From Nitrososphaerales archaeon (GTDB lineage: Archaea; Thermoproteota; Nitrososphaeria; Nitrososphaerales; Gagatemarchaeaceae), in contig JBEKJV010000002.1 of assembly GCA_050011055.1 (NCBI GenBank), positions 3,736 through 67,735 of the forward strand: 64,000 nt of DNA, in the 5' to 3' direction. Below the pieces are notes generated by a model, which saw nothing but the letters and a program-made list of their open reading frames with translations, made no database searches and was not told the DNA's origin. The position numbers were made by a program, and so were the translations under genes. This document shows, in pieces, positions 9,006-18,265 of the stretch (position 1 is the stretch's first letter; every line of letters begins with the position of its first letter).

Positions 9006-9236
9006 TCGACTGTCTTACTTAAGGGGTGATGGCCAATTGTGGTTTGCGTTCTTAGAGGCGCTCTGGGTGATTGTGAACGCCTGATGGAGTTCACTAACCT
9101 GATAGTGCCGCCTAGAGACTACGTGAAGGACTCGGGCAAGTGGTAGCGCGGTTGGATGGGCGGCGGCCTGCAGCCTTTCGGACGAAGGCCCAGTCTTATA
9201 TCCAAACCTACTCAAGGCTTGAAGCGAGCGCTTTTC

Positions 9237-9890
9237 ATGTCTGGTCCAGAGAATGAGATTCAAGCCAGACGGCGTACTGTAGTGGTCCTCCAGGATGAGA
9301 TGAGGAGGGTCCTGGACGCGACGAGGGTCCTCCTTGACGAATACGTTTCCCTAACCAAGGGAGACAAGATGCAGGTCGCATCAGCCCTCGAGAAGGTCAA
9401 GAAGGCGGAAGAGGACGTCGTGACGCTCAGGAGCGCCTTGATCAGGGAGCTCTCTCAAGTGGGAACACTGCTCGTGAACAGAGAAGATATGCTCAGGGCT
9501 GCTTTCTCGGTGGAGGACATCTTCGGGCACATAAACGGGGTCGCGTTTAGAATGTCGCAGCTCCCGCGAGCATCGGCCAAAAACAAGAAGTACCGCGAGG
9601 CGATAACCGAGTTGCTCGGCCTTCTGATCGACGGTATTTCGAAACTCAACGAAAGTATCAGGGCACTCTCGATTAACTCGGAACAATCGATCCAGATGGC
9701 CGCACAGGTCCAACAGATTGAGAGCTCGATCGACTCAAAGTACAGAGTATACATCGCCATGACGATGAAGACCGCGTCCAATGTCAAGGAATTGATCGCA
9801 GTCAAGGAAGTTCTCGAATCGATCGAAGACTGTGCGGATGCCGTGCTAAGTGCCGCAGACGCGAACACAATTCTAGCGCTAGGGCTCTAG
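9237..9890 (+). CDS. DUF47 / PhoU-like helical protein (TIGR00153-like)
   Basis: All-helical pattern LDEYVSLTKGD...KVKKAEEDVVTLRSALIRELS...REDMLRAAFSVEDIFGHINGVAFRM. ATG 9237 is preferred over the upstream ORF start because TATA-like TTATAT (9196-9201) lies about 38 nt upstream. Confidence 0.5.
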   Translation: MSGPENEIQARRRTVVVLQDEMRRVLDATRVLLDEYVSLTKGDKMQVASALEKVKKAEEDVVTLRSALIRELSQVGTLLVNREDMLRAAFSVEDIFGHINGVAFRMSQLPRASAKNKKYREAITELLGLLIDGISKLNESIRALSINSEQSIQMAAQVQQIESSIDSKYRVYIAMTMKTASNVKELIAVKEVLESIEDCADAVLSAADANTILALGL

Positions 9891-9892
9891 CC

Positions 9893-10450
9893 ATGCCCAA
9901 GCAGAAGGCGAGGGGCAGGCTCTTCGAGAACAGGGTCGTGGTCTGGGATATCCAAGCTTCGAGGCGTCTCTTCAAGGACGGATACTATGGGAAGCCACTT
10001 GGCATACCGAAGCCGAAGGACTTCGAGTTCGACGCTCCGCTAGTCCTCGACCTCATGGAAGCCTATTACCTGACGATGAGAAAGGTAATCGCCATCGAGG
10101 ACCAGTCGGGCAACGAGTTGCTCTTGAAGCAGCTCCAGGAGGTCTGCGAAGCTTCATACACTGATTTCAGGGAGAAATTCATGGTCTACAGGAAGCTGAG
10201 GGAGGCTGGTTACGTTGTCACTCCAGGGATCAAGTTCGGCTCAGACTTCGCTGTCTACGAGCACGGACCTGGGATCGACCATGCTCCCTACATCATCCAG
10301 GTGATGGGGCTCACCTCTACCATGACTGCGACCGCGATGGTTAGGTCTGGGAGGCTCGCGACCACCGTGCGGAAGCAGTTCATCATAGCTATTCCCGACC
10401 CCAGCAAGAAGACAGTTGAGTTCCTCAGGTACGACTGGTGGCGGGCGTAG
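9893..10450 (+). CDS. endA: tRNA-splicing endonuclease
   Basis: GIKFGSDFAVYEHGPGIDHAPYIIQV contains the catalytic His region, with the conserved C-terminal domain layout. Confidence 0.88.
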   Translation: MPKQKARGRLFENRVVVWDIQASRRLFKDGYYGKPLGIPKPKDFEFDAPLVLDLMEAYYLTMRKVIAIEDQSGNELLLKQLQEVCEASYTDFREKFMVYRKLREAGYVVTPGIKFGSDFAVYEHGPGIDHAPYIIQVMGLTSTMTATAMVRSGRLATTVRKQFIIAIPDPSKKTVEFLRYDWWRA

Positions 10451-10454
10451 ACGA

Positions 10455-11270
10455 GTGGACCTCACGGAAAGCGACGCCAAGGTGACGGTACAGCAGATCG
10501 AGACTATTGCTGAAGATTCCCTGATCCTCGTGTACAGGGATCGGAGGAGGAGATGGCTGGTCAGGCCGAGAGATACTCCGAAACTCCACACGCATCTCGG
10601 GGTTCTTGATGTCTCCTCGCTTGTAGGCAGGGGATATGGAATCATCGTGACTACTACGTTGGGCGACACCGTGACCATACTTAAGCCGACCATCGAGGAT
10701 CTAATCATGAAGTTGACGAGAAAGACCCAGGTTGTCTACCCCAAGGACCTCGGCCTGATCGTGGTGAAGCTCGGCATCCATTCGGGCTCGCGAGTGATTG
10801 AAACTGGGACAGGCACGGGAGCGACGACTGCCTTAATGGCCTATCTTGTCCAACCGGAAGGCATGGTCTACACCTACGACATCAGGCCTGAATTCCAGGA
10901 AGTGGCTAGGAAGAATATTGAGAAGTTGAGCCTCTCAAGGTTCGTGACCTTCACCGTGGGGGATTCTAGGCAAGGCTTCAAGGAAAGGGGTATGGATGCA
11001 GGAGTCTTGGATGTGGGAGACCCGTGGGAGGTCGTCAGCAGCATGAGGGAGAGCCTAAGGCCGGCGGCGCCGATGGTGGCCATCACCCCTACTACCAACC
11101 AGGCGGAGAAGTTGGTGGCCAAGATGATCGAGGAAGGGTTTGTCTCTATCGAGACCGTGGAAGTGCTCATGAGACATCTAGAGGCCAGAGTCGGGATGAC
11201 GAGACCTGCCAACATAATGGTCGGGCACACAGCCTACCTGACCTTCGGGCGGAGCACCTCCCGTGCCTGA
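10455..11270 (+). CDS. trmI: tRNA (adenine-N1)-methyltransferase TrmI (Gcd14 family)
   Basis: VVYPKDLGLIVVKLGIHSGSRVIETGTGTGATTALMAYLV (SAM motif I) and DAGVLDVGDPWEV. The ORF is open from 10416 and overlaps endA; GTG 10455, 5 nt after the endA stop, is the likelier start. Confidence 0.85.
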   Translation: MDLTESDAKVTVQQIETIAEDSLILVYRDRRRRWLVRPRDTPKLHTHLGVLDVSSLVGRGYGIIVTTTLGDTVTILKPTIEDLIMKLTRKTQVVYPKDLGLIVVKLGIHSGSRVIETGTGTGATTALMAYLVQPEGMVYTYDIRPEFQEVARKNIEKLSLSRFVTFTVGDSRQGFKERGMDAGVLDVGDPWEVVSSMRESLRPAAPMVAITPTTNQAEKLVAKMIEEGFVSIETVEVLMRHLEARVGMTRPANIMVGHTAYLTFGRSTSRA

Positions 11271-11604
11271 CCGCCATGCTCTTGGGGCTTTCGCGGAGCG
11301 GCTTCGAGCATCACGTGAAACCCAGCAAAGCCAGAGCATTCCGAAGACGCAGGCCCTCGCCCCAGAACAACGAAAGCATTCCTGGCTCAGACTAAATCCA
11401 TTGAGATCTGGGCTTTCGTGACTCATTTCTTCCGTGCAACATCCAATTCATAGATGGGGATTCGAAGACCCAAGTGACTTGAATAGCCAGCGGACGCTGG
11501 CTAGCTGGAAGGAACCAATCCCAGACTCCGATGTCAGTTGACTGAGTCTCCACCTCAATCCTAATAGGAGGACGGACCACAGCCTGTCTGAGTGGGAAGG
11601 ATTC

Positions 11605-11865
11605 ATGTTCAGCAAGAAGTTCTCTGTCATTCTATTTGCGGGGCTCGCTCTCATAGCCGCCGCATTCGCTTCCATTCAGGTCGTGCTCTCAAAGTTTCAA
11701 CGTGAAGCAATCGCATCGCCAAGTTCAATCGCCCCCCCGCCCACTGATCCCATCTACACATACCTCTACTGGAGCCTCCTCTTTGCTGCCGTAGGTGGGG
11801 TGCTGACTATGGCGGGTTTCATCGGGGTCGTGGAGAGTTGGCTGGGGAGGGGGAATGGATCTTGA
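11605..11865 (+). CDS. Small hypothetical membrane protein (2 TM)
   Basis: Two hydrophobic helices (ILFAGLALIAAAFASIQVVL and YWSLLFAAVGGVLTMAGFIGVV). No motif recognised. Confidence 0.4.
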   Translation: MFSKKFSVILFAGLALIAAAFASIQVVLSKFQREAIASPSSIAPPPTDPIYTYLYWSLLFAAVGGVLTMAGFIGVVESWLGRGNGS

Positions 11866-12642
11866 ACGGGAATCTCATCGGATGCCCCTTGGGGCGCAGA
11901 GAACGATACTCTCAGTCTTGCTCCGGATTACGCCAGCCAGCCAGTTAGGTGCCTCTAAGCTTGCGCTCTTCGGGTTCGGGATCGGACTTCGCCCGTGCCG
12001 AGCGTCGGGACTTGCAATACTAGCCCTATTCTCAAAGCACAAGAGATGTGATACTTCCTATGACGACCATAGTTGCTATGTTTGGCAATGTAGGGGTAGT
12101 TGCTTATCATCTTCTGGCAAGCGTCACACGACGTTGGTAGACGTGTCGAACGGTTGCTGGCATCCCTTACAAGTGCTACTGAAAGGCTCGGAAGTGACAG
12201 ACCGAGATATGCCGCCGTCTCGAATCTGAGCTCGCGATGTCCTGAACCAGCCGACCCTGAATGCTGATTCGGCGTCGCCCCAATGATGTCTCTCATGCGA
12301 CTCGCGCTTCTTTAATCGGGAAGGCCCCACTTATTCAGGACGTACACTTCACAATACACTTGATACTCACCGACCAAAACCCGAGCGGGGGAACAATCCT
12401 CTCTATCAAGAGCCGTCCTTCTGCCTGGCCCGACCGTAGAAAGGCGAATGACCGTTCTCAGGACGATCAGATTCCCAGAATCGCTGGCAAGTTCTCCTAG
12501 GAAGGAAACCGCCAATGAAAGGGTGACCGTCAATGCATTGATGGCGCGCGCAAATGCACGAGTGGATGCAGTACGATGCCTGGACAAATCAATAACCCAG
12601 AAGCAACAGTTTTAAGCCCTGTCAGGTCGCGCACGCTGACCG

Positions 12643-13275
12643 ATGAGCAAGAAGCTATCCTCGGACGATGCGTCCGTCCTCCTCTACATGGTCCCTTTCA
12701 TCGCGAGCGGGGCCTATGCATTGTATCTCTGGGTGGGTAGCGGGATCTCACTTGTCCTCCCGGGCTCGGTCTATCTGACTGTCACTAGGGATCCGATTCT
12801 GTTCCTGGCAGGGACGCTCTGCGTGATGCTGGGGGTCGTGCTTGAGATCAACTCTACTGCTCCTGCGGGAAGGCCGGCGAAGTTGGGTTCAGTGGGTAAC
12901 ACGCTGCAGACCATTGCTGTAACTGGTTTCATACTTGCGTTCGTTTGTGCGCTTTACGCCAACGGGTTCTCTGACGGTTCCGGAGCAGTGAACGATTTCC
13001 TCACGGGCAGGTTCGGCCTCGTCTTCCCGATTGTGATGGTTCTCTTCAGCTATCTGATTACCGCGCGCTTCGACCTCGTTTCCCTCAGGACGCCGACCAT
13101 CTTGGGTATCATTGCGATGATCCTCGTCCCCGCCTCCCTGTATGAAATTGGAAAGCGAAGCTCGACCTTAGGTCTGGCCGTCGCCTTCGTCTTCATGATG
13201 GCCGGGCTCAGCTTGTTCCTGATGGCGAACAGGAAGGTCGCCGACCAGGACAAGGGCCGCGGCAATGGTCAATAG
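12643..13275 (+). CDS. Hypothetical polytopic membrane protein
   Basis: About 6 predicted TM helices. No recognisable motif. Confidence 0.6.
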   Translation: MSKKLSSDDASVLLYMVPFIASGAYALYLWVGSGISLVLPGSVYLTVTRDPILFLAGTLCVMLGVVLEINSTAPAGRPAKLGSVGNTLQTIAVTGFILAFVCALYANGFSDGSGAVNDFLTGRFGLVFPIVMVLFSYLITARFDLVSLRTPTILGIIAMILVPASLYEIGKRSSTLGLAVAFVFMMAGLSLFLMANRKVADQDKGRGNGQ

Positions 13276-13465
13276 TTACGCGGCGACATGCACCTTCTCG
13301 CACAGTTACCATACGCGCTGGATCCCGCAGTTCTCCGCAGCCGCGGATGGAAGGTCAGGATTCGTCCATCTCGGCCTACGAAGACGGAATAGAGTTCAGC
13401 GTGGGAGTCTCTGCTCGCGGTTTGACCACCAGTCTAGCCCTTCGGAGCTTCGCCAGTGACCTCTG

Positions 13466-14068
13466 ATGGTCGACCCCCTTCCAGTGGCCTTCGCGACGAT
13501 AGCTTTTGCGCTTTTCGTGACCGAACTGACGGACAAGGACGCTCTGCTCTTGCTCGCGTTGGCCTCTAAGACTCGTGCAGTAGTCGTGTTTCTTGCCGGC
13601 GTGACTGCCTTCATCACCACGACTACCGTATTCGTCACAGCAGGGACTCTGATTGGTGCCGTTGTTCCGATTCTCTGGGTCAGGCTCGCAGGAGGAGGGT
13701 TCATGATGGGCTATGGGCTCTGGGAAGCACGGGGTGTCGTGAATCATGGAGAGGTCGAGAAGGAGGAGAGGCGCGTGGAACGGCAGTCCGATCCCTGGAT
13801 GGCTTTCTTTAGCATGGTCGCGGCATTGGCTCTGCTGGACATAGCAGGGGATGCAACCGAAGTACTGACGATAGTCCTGGTGGTCCGCTACTCCAATCCA
13901 ATCCTGGTCTTCTCAGCTGCTTGTACTGGGCTGATAGCAGCTACAGCCTTCGAGACAGCCCTCGGCAGCAGGTTGGGCAGAATGCTCACTCCTCAGAGGA
14001 TTCGATACTTCTCGATGGTCGTCTTCCTTGTCATTGGCGCTTTCATCATCATTTCGAGTCTGCCTTAG
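13466..14068 (+). CDS. Putative UPF0016/GDT1(TMEM165)-family cation transporter
   Basis: About 6 TM helices in two halves, each with a degenerate E-x-G-D-(K/R)-(T/S)-like motif (TELTDKD and IAGDATE). Confidence 0.45.
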   Translation: MVDPLPVAFATIAFALFVTELTDKDALLLLALASKTRAVVVFLAGVTAFITTTTVFVTAGTLIGAVVPILWVRLAGGGFMMGYGLWEARGVVNHGEVEKEERRVERQSDPWMAFFSMVAALALLDIAGDATEVLTIVLVVRYSNPILVFSAACTGLIAATAFETALGSRLGRMLTPQRIRYFSMVVFLVIGAFIIISSLP

Positions 14069-14150
14069 AACAGCTAAGCGGTAGTGAACTCCCTTGAGGA
14101 GTTCGAGCCTGCTGGCCCGCCGACTCCGATGCGGACCCCGGGCGCATCTT

Positions 14151-14158
14151 CTTTAAGC
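14151..14158 (+). promoter_or_regulatory. TATA box (CTTTAAGC) about 30 nt upstream of the proS ATG
   Basis: Spacing is consistent with a leaderless proS transcript. Confidence 0.45.
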
Positions 14159-14183
14159 AGAAGCGGCGGACGCCCGGTGCTAC

Positions 14184-15629
14184 ATGTCAGAGCTTGGAAA
14201 GGAAGGCATGACCGCCAAGAAGACCGAGGACTTCGACGAGTGGTACACGCAAGTGATCTTGAAGGGGGAAATAGCGGACTACACCCCGGTCTCCGGCTGC
14301 CTGGCATACAGACCTGCCGGATACGCCATCTGGGAGAACATCCAGAGGGCCACTGACACCGAGTTCAAGAAGATCGGGATTATGAACACCTACTTCCCTC
14401 TATTCATCCCGGAACGTCTGCTCAGGAAGGAGGCAGAGCACGTTGAAGGGTTCTCGCCAGAGGTAGCGTGGGTCACTCAGGCCGGAGACACGCCCTTGGA
14501 CGAGAGGCTGGCCATCAGGCCCACTTCGGAGGCAGTGATGTACGAGGTTGTCTCGAGATGGATTAGATCCTGGCGTGACCTGCCCCTCCGCCTTAACCAG
14601 TGGAACAACGTTGTCCGCTGGGAGTTCAGGCATCCAACACCGTTCCTCCGCTCCAGGGAGTTCTTGTGGAATGAGGGGCACACACTCTTCGCGACGAGGG
14701 AGGAGGCAGACGCAGAGCGGGATCAGATCCTAGGAATCTACAGGATGGTCACAGAGGAGCTCATGGCTCTTCCCGGCTACATAGGCAGGAAGACGGACAC
14801 TGAAAAGTTCGCAGGAGCCGAGGCAACCTACAGCGTGGAGCACCTGCTACCCGATGGCAAGGCGATACAAGGGCCCGACTTCCACTCGGACGGCCAGAGG
14901 TTCTCGAAAGTCTTCGAGATTGCCTTCGTCGACCAAGATGGGAAGAAGCAGTTCGCCTGGCAGAACACGTGGGCAATCAGCACGAGAGAGATCGGGGTGA
15001 TGTTGGCAGTCCACAGCGACGACAAGGGCGCGGTGGTGCCTCCGAGGCTCGCATGGATCCAGATCGTGATAGTGCCCATTGTCAACGACGAAAATAAGGC
15101 CTTGATCCTGAAAGAGGCTGTGAAGATTACTCAGGAACTCTCGAAGAACTGGAGGACTAAGCTCGACGACAGAGACAACCTCACTCCTGGCAGGAAGTTC
15201 AATGAATGGGAGATGAAGGGGATCCCCCTAAGAGTCGAGATTGGTCCGAGAGACCTGAAGTCGAGGCAGGCAGTTCTTGTGCGGAGAGACACAGGCGGGA
15301 AGAGGACGGTGCCACTTGTCGATCTAAGTGGGGAGGTCGGGATTGAGTTGAGCTCGATTCAGAAAGCCCTCCTCGAGAAGGCGAGGGAGTTCCTCAGGGC
15401 TAACACATTCGAGGCAGGTTCGCTCTCACAGCTGAAGGAGATAATCAAGGAGAAGGGAGGAATCGTGAAGGTTGCTTGGTGCGGGAAACAAAGCTGCGAG
15501 GACAGGTTGAAGGAAAAAGGGGGCGGCAAGATTGTGAACATCCCGCTCGATCAGAGCCCGCCGCAGAGCGTCTGTGTATCATGCGGAGAGAAAGCCGTGC
15601 TGACTGTCAACTATGCGAAATCATACTAG
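14184..15629 (+). CDS. proS: Prolyl-tRNA synthetase (archaeal/eukaryotic type)
   Basis: FDEWYTQVILKGEIADYTPVSGCLAYRPAGYAIWENIQ, class II motifs (WNNVVRWEFR..PFLRSREFLWNEGHT), a C-terminal Zn-binding domain, and the conserved terminal Tyr. Confidence 0.95.
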   Translation: MSELGKEGMTAKKTEDFDEWYTQVILKGEIADYTPVSGCLAYRPAGYAIWENIQRATDTEFKKIGIMNTYFPLFIPERLLRKEAEHVEGFSPEVAWVTQAGDTPLDERLAIRPTSEAVMYEVVSRWIRSWRDLPLRLNQWNNVVRWEFRHPTPFLRSREFLWNEGHTLFATREEADAERDQILGIYRMVTEELMALPGYIGRKTDTEKFAGAEATYSVEHLLPDGKAIQGPDFHSDGQRFSKVFEIAFVDQDGKKQFAWQNTWAISTREIGVMLAVHSDDKGAVVPPRLAWIQIVIVPIVNDENKALILKEAVKITQELSKNWRTKLDDRDNLTPGRKFNEWEMKGIPLRVEIGPRDLKSRQAVLVRRDTGGKRTVPLVDLSGEVGIELSSIQKALLEKAREFLRANTFEAGSLSQLKEIIKEKGGIVKVAWCGKQSCEDRLKEKGGGKIVNIPLDQSPPQSVCVSCGEKAVLTVNYAKSY

Positions 15630-15652
15630 CCTGTCGGGTCTGGGAGGCCGCC

Positions 15653-16558
15653 TCAGATTCCTGCGACAGGACTCGCGAGGCAGTAGAGCCTAGCCGCACT
15701 GTCGTCCACGCTCATCGGAAGGTCGATCTTGGCGAGTGCTATCATTTGGAGGGAGAGCGAAGAGGCCGCGACTCCGAAGCAGGCGCTACGCAGGAAATCC
15801 CTTGTTTTCAGGTACCATCCGACTGTGGCCCCGCTGAGAATGTCTCCCGCCCCAGTGCTGTCAATGACTTGTGATCGCGGTACGGAGATCTCGTAAATCC
15901 GCGTCCCGTCGAGCACGAAGCACGAATCGCCACCTCGGGTCACGATAGCCTTCCTAATGCCGACGGACGCGATCTTCAGTAGGGCGTCTCTTGGGTTCGA
16001 CCTGCCAGTCAGAGCCTCGGCCTCGGCGAGGTCCATCTTCAGGGCGTCCACCTTGGAGATGATGCCCTTGTCCTTCAACGGCCCCTGCGAGACCGTTCCG
16101 TCCGGGGCAAAGCTCCGCAAGAAGCCCTGCGGGTCAAGGAAGGTAAAGTCAGACCTCGCGGAGATTTCTGTAAGCACCGACGACGAGATTTCCCCTGCGA
16201 TTGGGCTGATGAGAGACGCGTCGAACCTGACACCCGGAGGTATCTGCGAGGATGAGATGTTCTCGCACCTGCTGATGAGGGCGAGCGACCTGTTACCTGC
16301 GGAGTTGACTATCCGGAACTTGGTCGTGGGCTTCGAGATGCTTCTGTCGGCAGCTCTCAGCATGATGCCGTTCCTTGCCAGCCAGACTGCCTGCTCGTCT
16401 GGAAAGTCGTTGCCGACCTTCGTGAGCGCGGTGACCTCGAATCCGAACCTGGAACAGATCAACCCGGCGTAGCAGGGAGGGCCTCCGACAGACGTGATCT
16501 GGCGGGCAGGGAGCTGTATTGTGTCAATTGTGATAAACCCAGCCACGATGACCCTCAA
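15653..16558 (-). CDS. PfkB-family carbohydrate/nucleoside kinase
   Basis: C-terminal DSTGAGDILSGATVGWYL (PfkB signature 2) and N-terminal GGPPCYAG (GG motif). Confidence 0.8.
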   Translation of the reverse strand: MRVIVAGFITIDTIQLPARQITSVGGPPCYAGLICSRFGFEVTALTKVGNDFPDEQAVWLARNGIMLRAADRSISKPTTKFRIVNSAGNRSLALISRCENISSSQIPPGVRFDASLISPIAGEISSSVLTEISARSDFTFLDPQGFLRSFAPDGTVSQGPLKDKGIISKVDALKMDLAEAEALTGRSNPRDALLKIASVGIRKAIVTRGGDSCFVLDGTRIYEISVPRSQVIDSTGAGDILSGATVGWYLKTRDFLRSACFGVAASSLSLQMIALAKIDLPMSVDDSAARLYCLASPVAGI

Positions 16559-16688
16559 GGAGCGCTCGCCTCTGGGAGCATTCTCTTATGAACGCTACTC
16601 CGCGGGCCGCCCGCCCTTTACAGAAGGCCTTTGGGTCCGACCCACCATAGGTTTAAAGAGGAACAAGCGAGCTGGTCGCTAGTCCAGT

Positions 16689-16964
16689 TTGACCAAGAAG
16701 AGAAAGAGTCGAGGACGCTCGAAGGGAGGAAAGGGAAGGAGCAGCACAATATACTGCAGCAACTGCGGAGCCGCGGTCCCGAGGGACAAGGCGAAGAAAG
16801 TGACTACTAGGATGTCGCTGGTCGAACCGACACTTGCCCGCGAACTCAGGGCAGCTGGGGCGTATATTGCGTCTCCGACGACCGTCCGCTACTACTGTAT
16901 CAGCTGTGCAGTTCATTACGGGATCGTGAAGGTGCGGGCTCAGTCCGAAAGGCACGGTTGGTAG
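16689..16964 (+). CDS. rps26e: 30S ribosomal protein S26e
   Basis: KKRKSRGRSKGGKGRSSTIYCSNCGAAVPRDKA...YYCISCAVH: a basic N-terminus plus two CxxC pairs. TATA-like TTTAAAGA at 16652-16659. Confidence 0.85.
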   Translation: MTKKRKSRGRSKGGKGRSSTIYCSNCGAAVPRDKAKKVTTRMSLVEPTLARELRAAGAYIASPTTVRYYCISCAVHYGIVKVRAQSERHGW

Positions 16965-17118
16965 CCACCAGCCGAATCCTTCGAAAACGTCCAACTAATC
17001 AGCAATCTAGCGCATAACACGCCGGAAGCACCATCGCCATCCCTGGGTTCTGACATCATGTCGCGAGGCCGACTGTGAGAAGCAAGGTTATTGACCTCCT
17101 GCTCACCAGTCACCGTGC

Positions 17119-17424
17119 TTGGCCCTGGACCATCTCAGGACATCGCTGACGAAGGGGAACCTATGGCTGTACATTCTATCGGAGCTCCAGCTTGGGGACG
17201 CGACGCCAAGTGAGATTCGCTCTCGAGTCTTGGCGAAGCGGGGGTTTGCCCCTGCTGCGATTACCTTCTACTCAGTGATCTATAGACTGAGGCAAGAGGG
17301 CCTGGTGAAGCGGTCGTCAGATTCTTTTCGCTCGGCATACGCGATTACCGCGAAGGGAAAGGACCAACTTCTCAGCGCCAAATTCTATCTCGATGAGGTT
17401 CAGAAGAGTATCGGTCAGACCTGA
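17119..17424 (+). CDS. PadR-like winged-helix transcriptional regulator
   Basis: LTKGNLWLYILSELQLGDATPSEIRSRV...ITFYSVIYRLRQEGLVKR matches the PadR wHTH pattern. Confidence 0.6.
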   Translation: MALDHLRTSLTKGNLWLYILSELQLGDATPSEIRSRVLAKRGFAPAAITFYSVIYRLRQEGLVKRSSDSFRSAYAITAKGKDQLLSAKFYLDEVQKSIGQT

Positions 17425-17990
17425 CCCAGAATCCTCATTGCCCTGGACGCCCTCTCAAGGAAGGTGTAGCCAGCTACGATCGCGACCAGGATGATCCCCC
17501 AACCGGCATAGCCGGCTATCGAGGCGACCGCAAGGATCAAAAGGCGCTCACTCCTCTCACCAACCCCGACGCCTGAGAGCGTAATGCCCAGCGCGTCTCC
17601 CTTGGCCCTCGTGTAGCTGACGAGGAGACTGAGAGACAGCGCGGTCAGAGCCAGCGCGGGTGATGTCAGACCCCCCGCGAGTATTCCGAGGAAGATCACC
17701 ACCTCGGCCACTCTGTCGAGCGTCGAATCGAGGAAGGCACCTTGTTTCGAAACCCTCCCAGTCACTCTGGCGACTGCCCCGTCCACAATGTCGAACCACC
17801 CTGCGGCTAGGATCAGGATGCCTCCAACCAGCTGACCGTCATAGCCTGCATGCGAATACGCGACACCGGACAAGATTGAAAAAACAAGCCCTACGATAGT
17901 CCAGGCTGTCGGCGACGCCTCTATCGATGAGAACCACTTTCCGAGGAGCCCGAGGTACGTTTCGAATCTTCCCCTCAACCTGTCGAGCAC
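17415..17990 (-). CDS. CDP-alcohol phosphatidyltransferase (archaetidylinositol-phosphate / archaetidylserine synthase-like)
   Basis: Motif DIVDGAVARVTGRVSKQGAFLDSTLDRVAE = D-x2-D-G-x2-A-R-x8-G-x3-D-x3-D. The ORF is open to 18188, but the extra 66 aa are Ala/Pro-rich and overlap the divergent gene. GTG 17990 sits about 25 nt from the TATATATA box, giving a typical 192-aa protein. Confidence 0.8.
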   Translation of the reverse strand: MLDRLRGRFETYLGLLGKWFSSIEASPTAWTIVGLVFSILSGVAYSHAGYDGQLVGGILILAAGWFDIVDGAVARVTGRVSKQGAFLDSTLDRVAEVVIFLGILAGGLTSPALALTALSLSLLVSYTRAKGDALGITLSGVGVGERSERLLILAVASIAGYAGWGIILVAIVAGYTFLERASRAMRILGQV

Positions 17991-18010
17991 AACTACCTTC
18001 TCGGCCAAGA

Positions 18011-18019
18011 TTATATATA
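18011..18019. promoter_or_regulatory. Palindromic TTATATATA box; candidate bidirectional promoter
   Basis: It lies about 25 nt from GTG 17990 on the minus strand and about 30 nt from TTG 18045 on the plus strand (or 10 nt from GTG 18027). Confidence 0.5.
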
Positions 18020-18026
18020 GTGAGAC

Positions 18027-18248
18027 GTGTTCCGCGGCCCGTCTTTGGGAAAGGTCGACAAGGGAGTCAGCTGTAGCGTGACCGGCTGCAGCAACAAGGC
18101 TGTTAGGTCGCTCAGCAGGTCCGAGATGGGCGGGAGCGGGCTTAGCGTGGGTGGAGAGGGCAGGCGGGCCTACCTCTGCCACGAGCATTACAAGGCCTGG
18201 AAGAAGGCCACCAAGAAGTCAAAGTCTCTGGAAAGGTCGAGATGGTAG
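18027..18248 (+). CDS. Small basic Cys/His zinc-binding protein, co-transcribed with thrS
   Basis: CSVTGCSNKAVRSLS...AYLCHEHYKAWKKATKKSK (C-x4-C ... C-x2-H). The real start may be TTG 18045. A GGAG site precedes the thrS ATG 18 nt downstream. Confidence 0.5.
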   Translation: MFRGPSLGKVDKGVSCSVTGCSNKAVRSLSRSEMGGSGLSVGGEGRRAYLCHEHYKAWKKATKKSKSLERSRW

Positions 18249-18265
18249 GCAGGAGCTGAGCCTGC

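Noticed and set aside
12358-12364. Exact CTTGATA (pC194-type nick core) in the 11.3-12.6 kb gap
   Set aside because: A 7-mer is expected several times by chance in 64 kb on two strands. It lies 49 kb from the rep gene with no associated hairpin.
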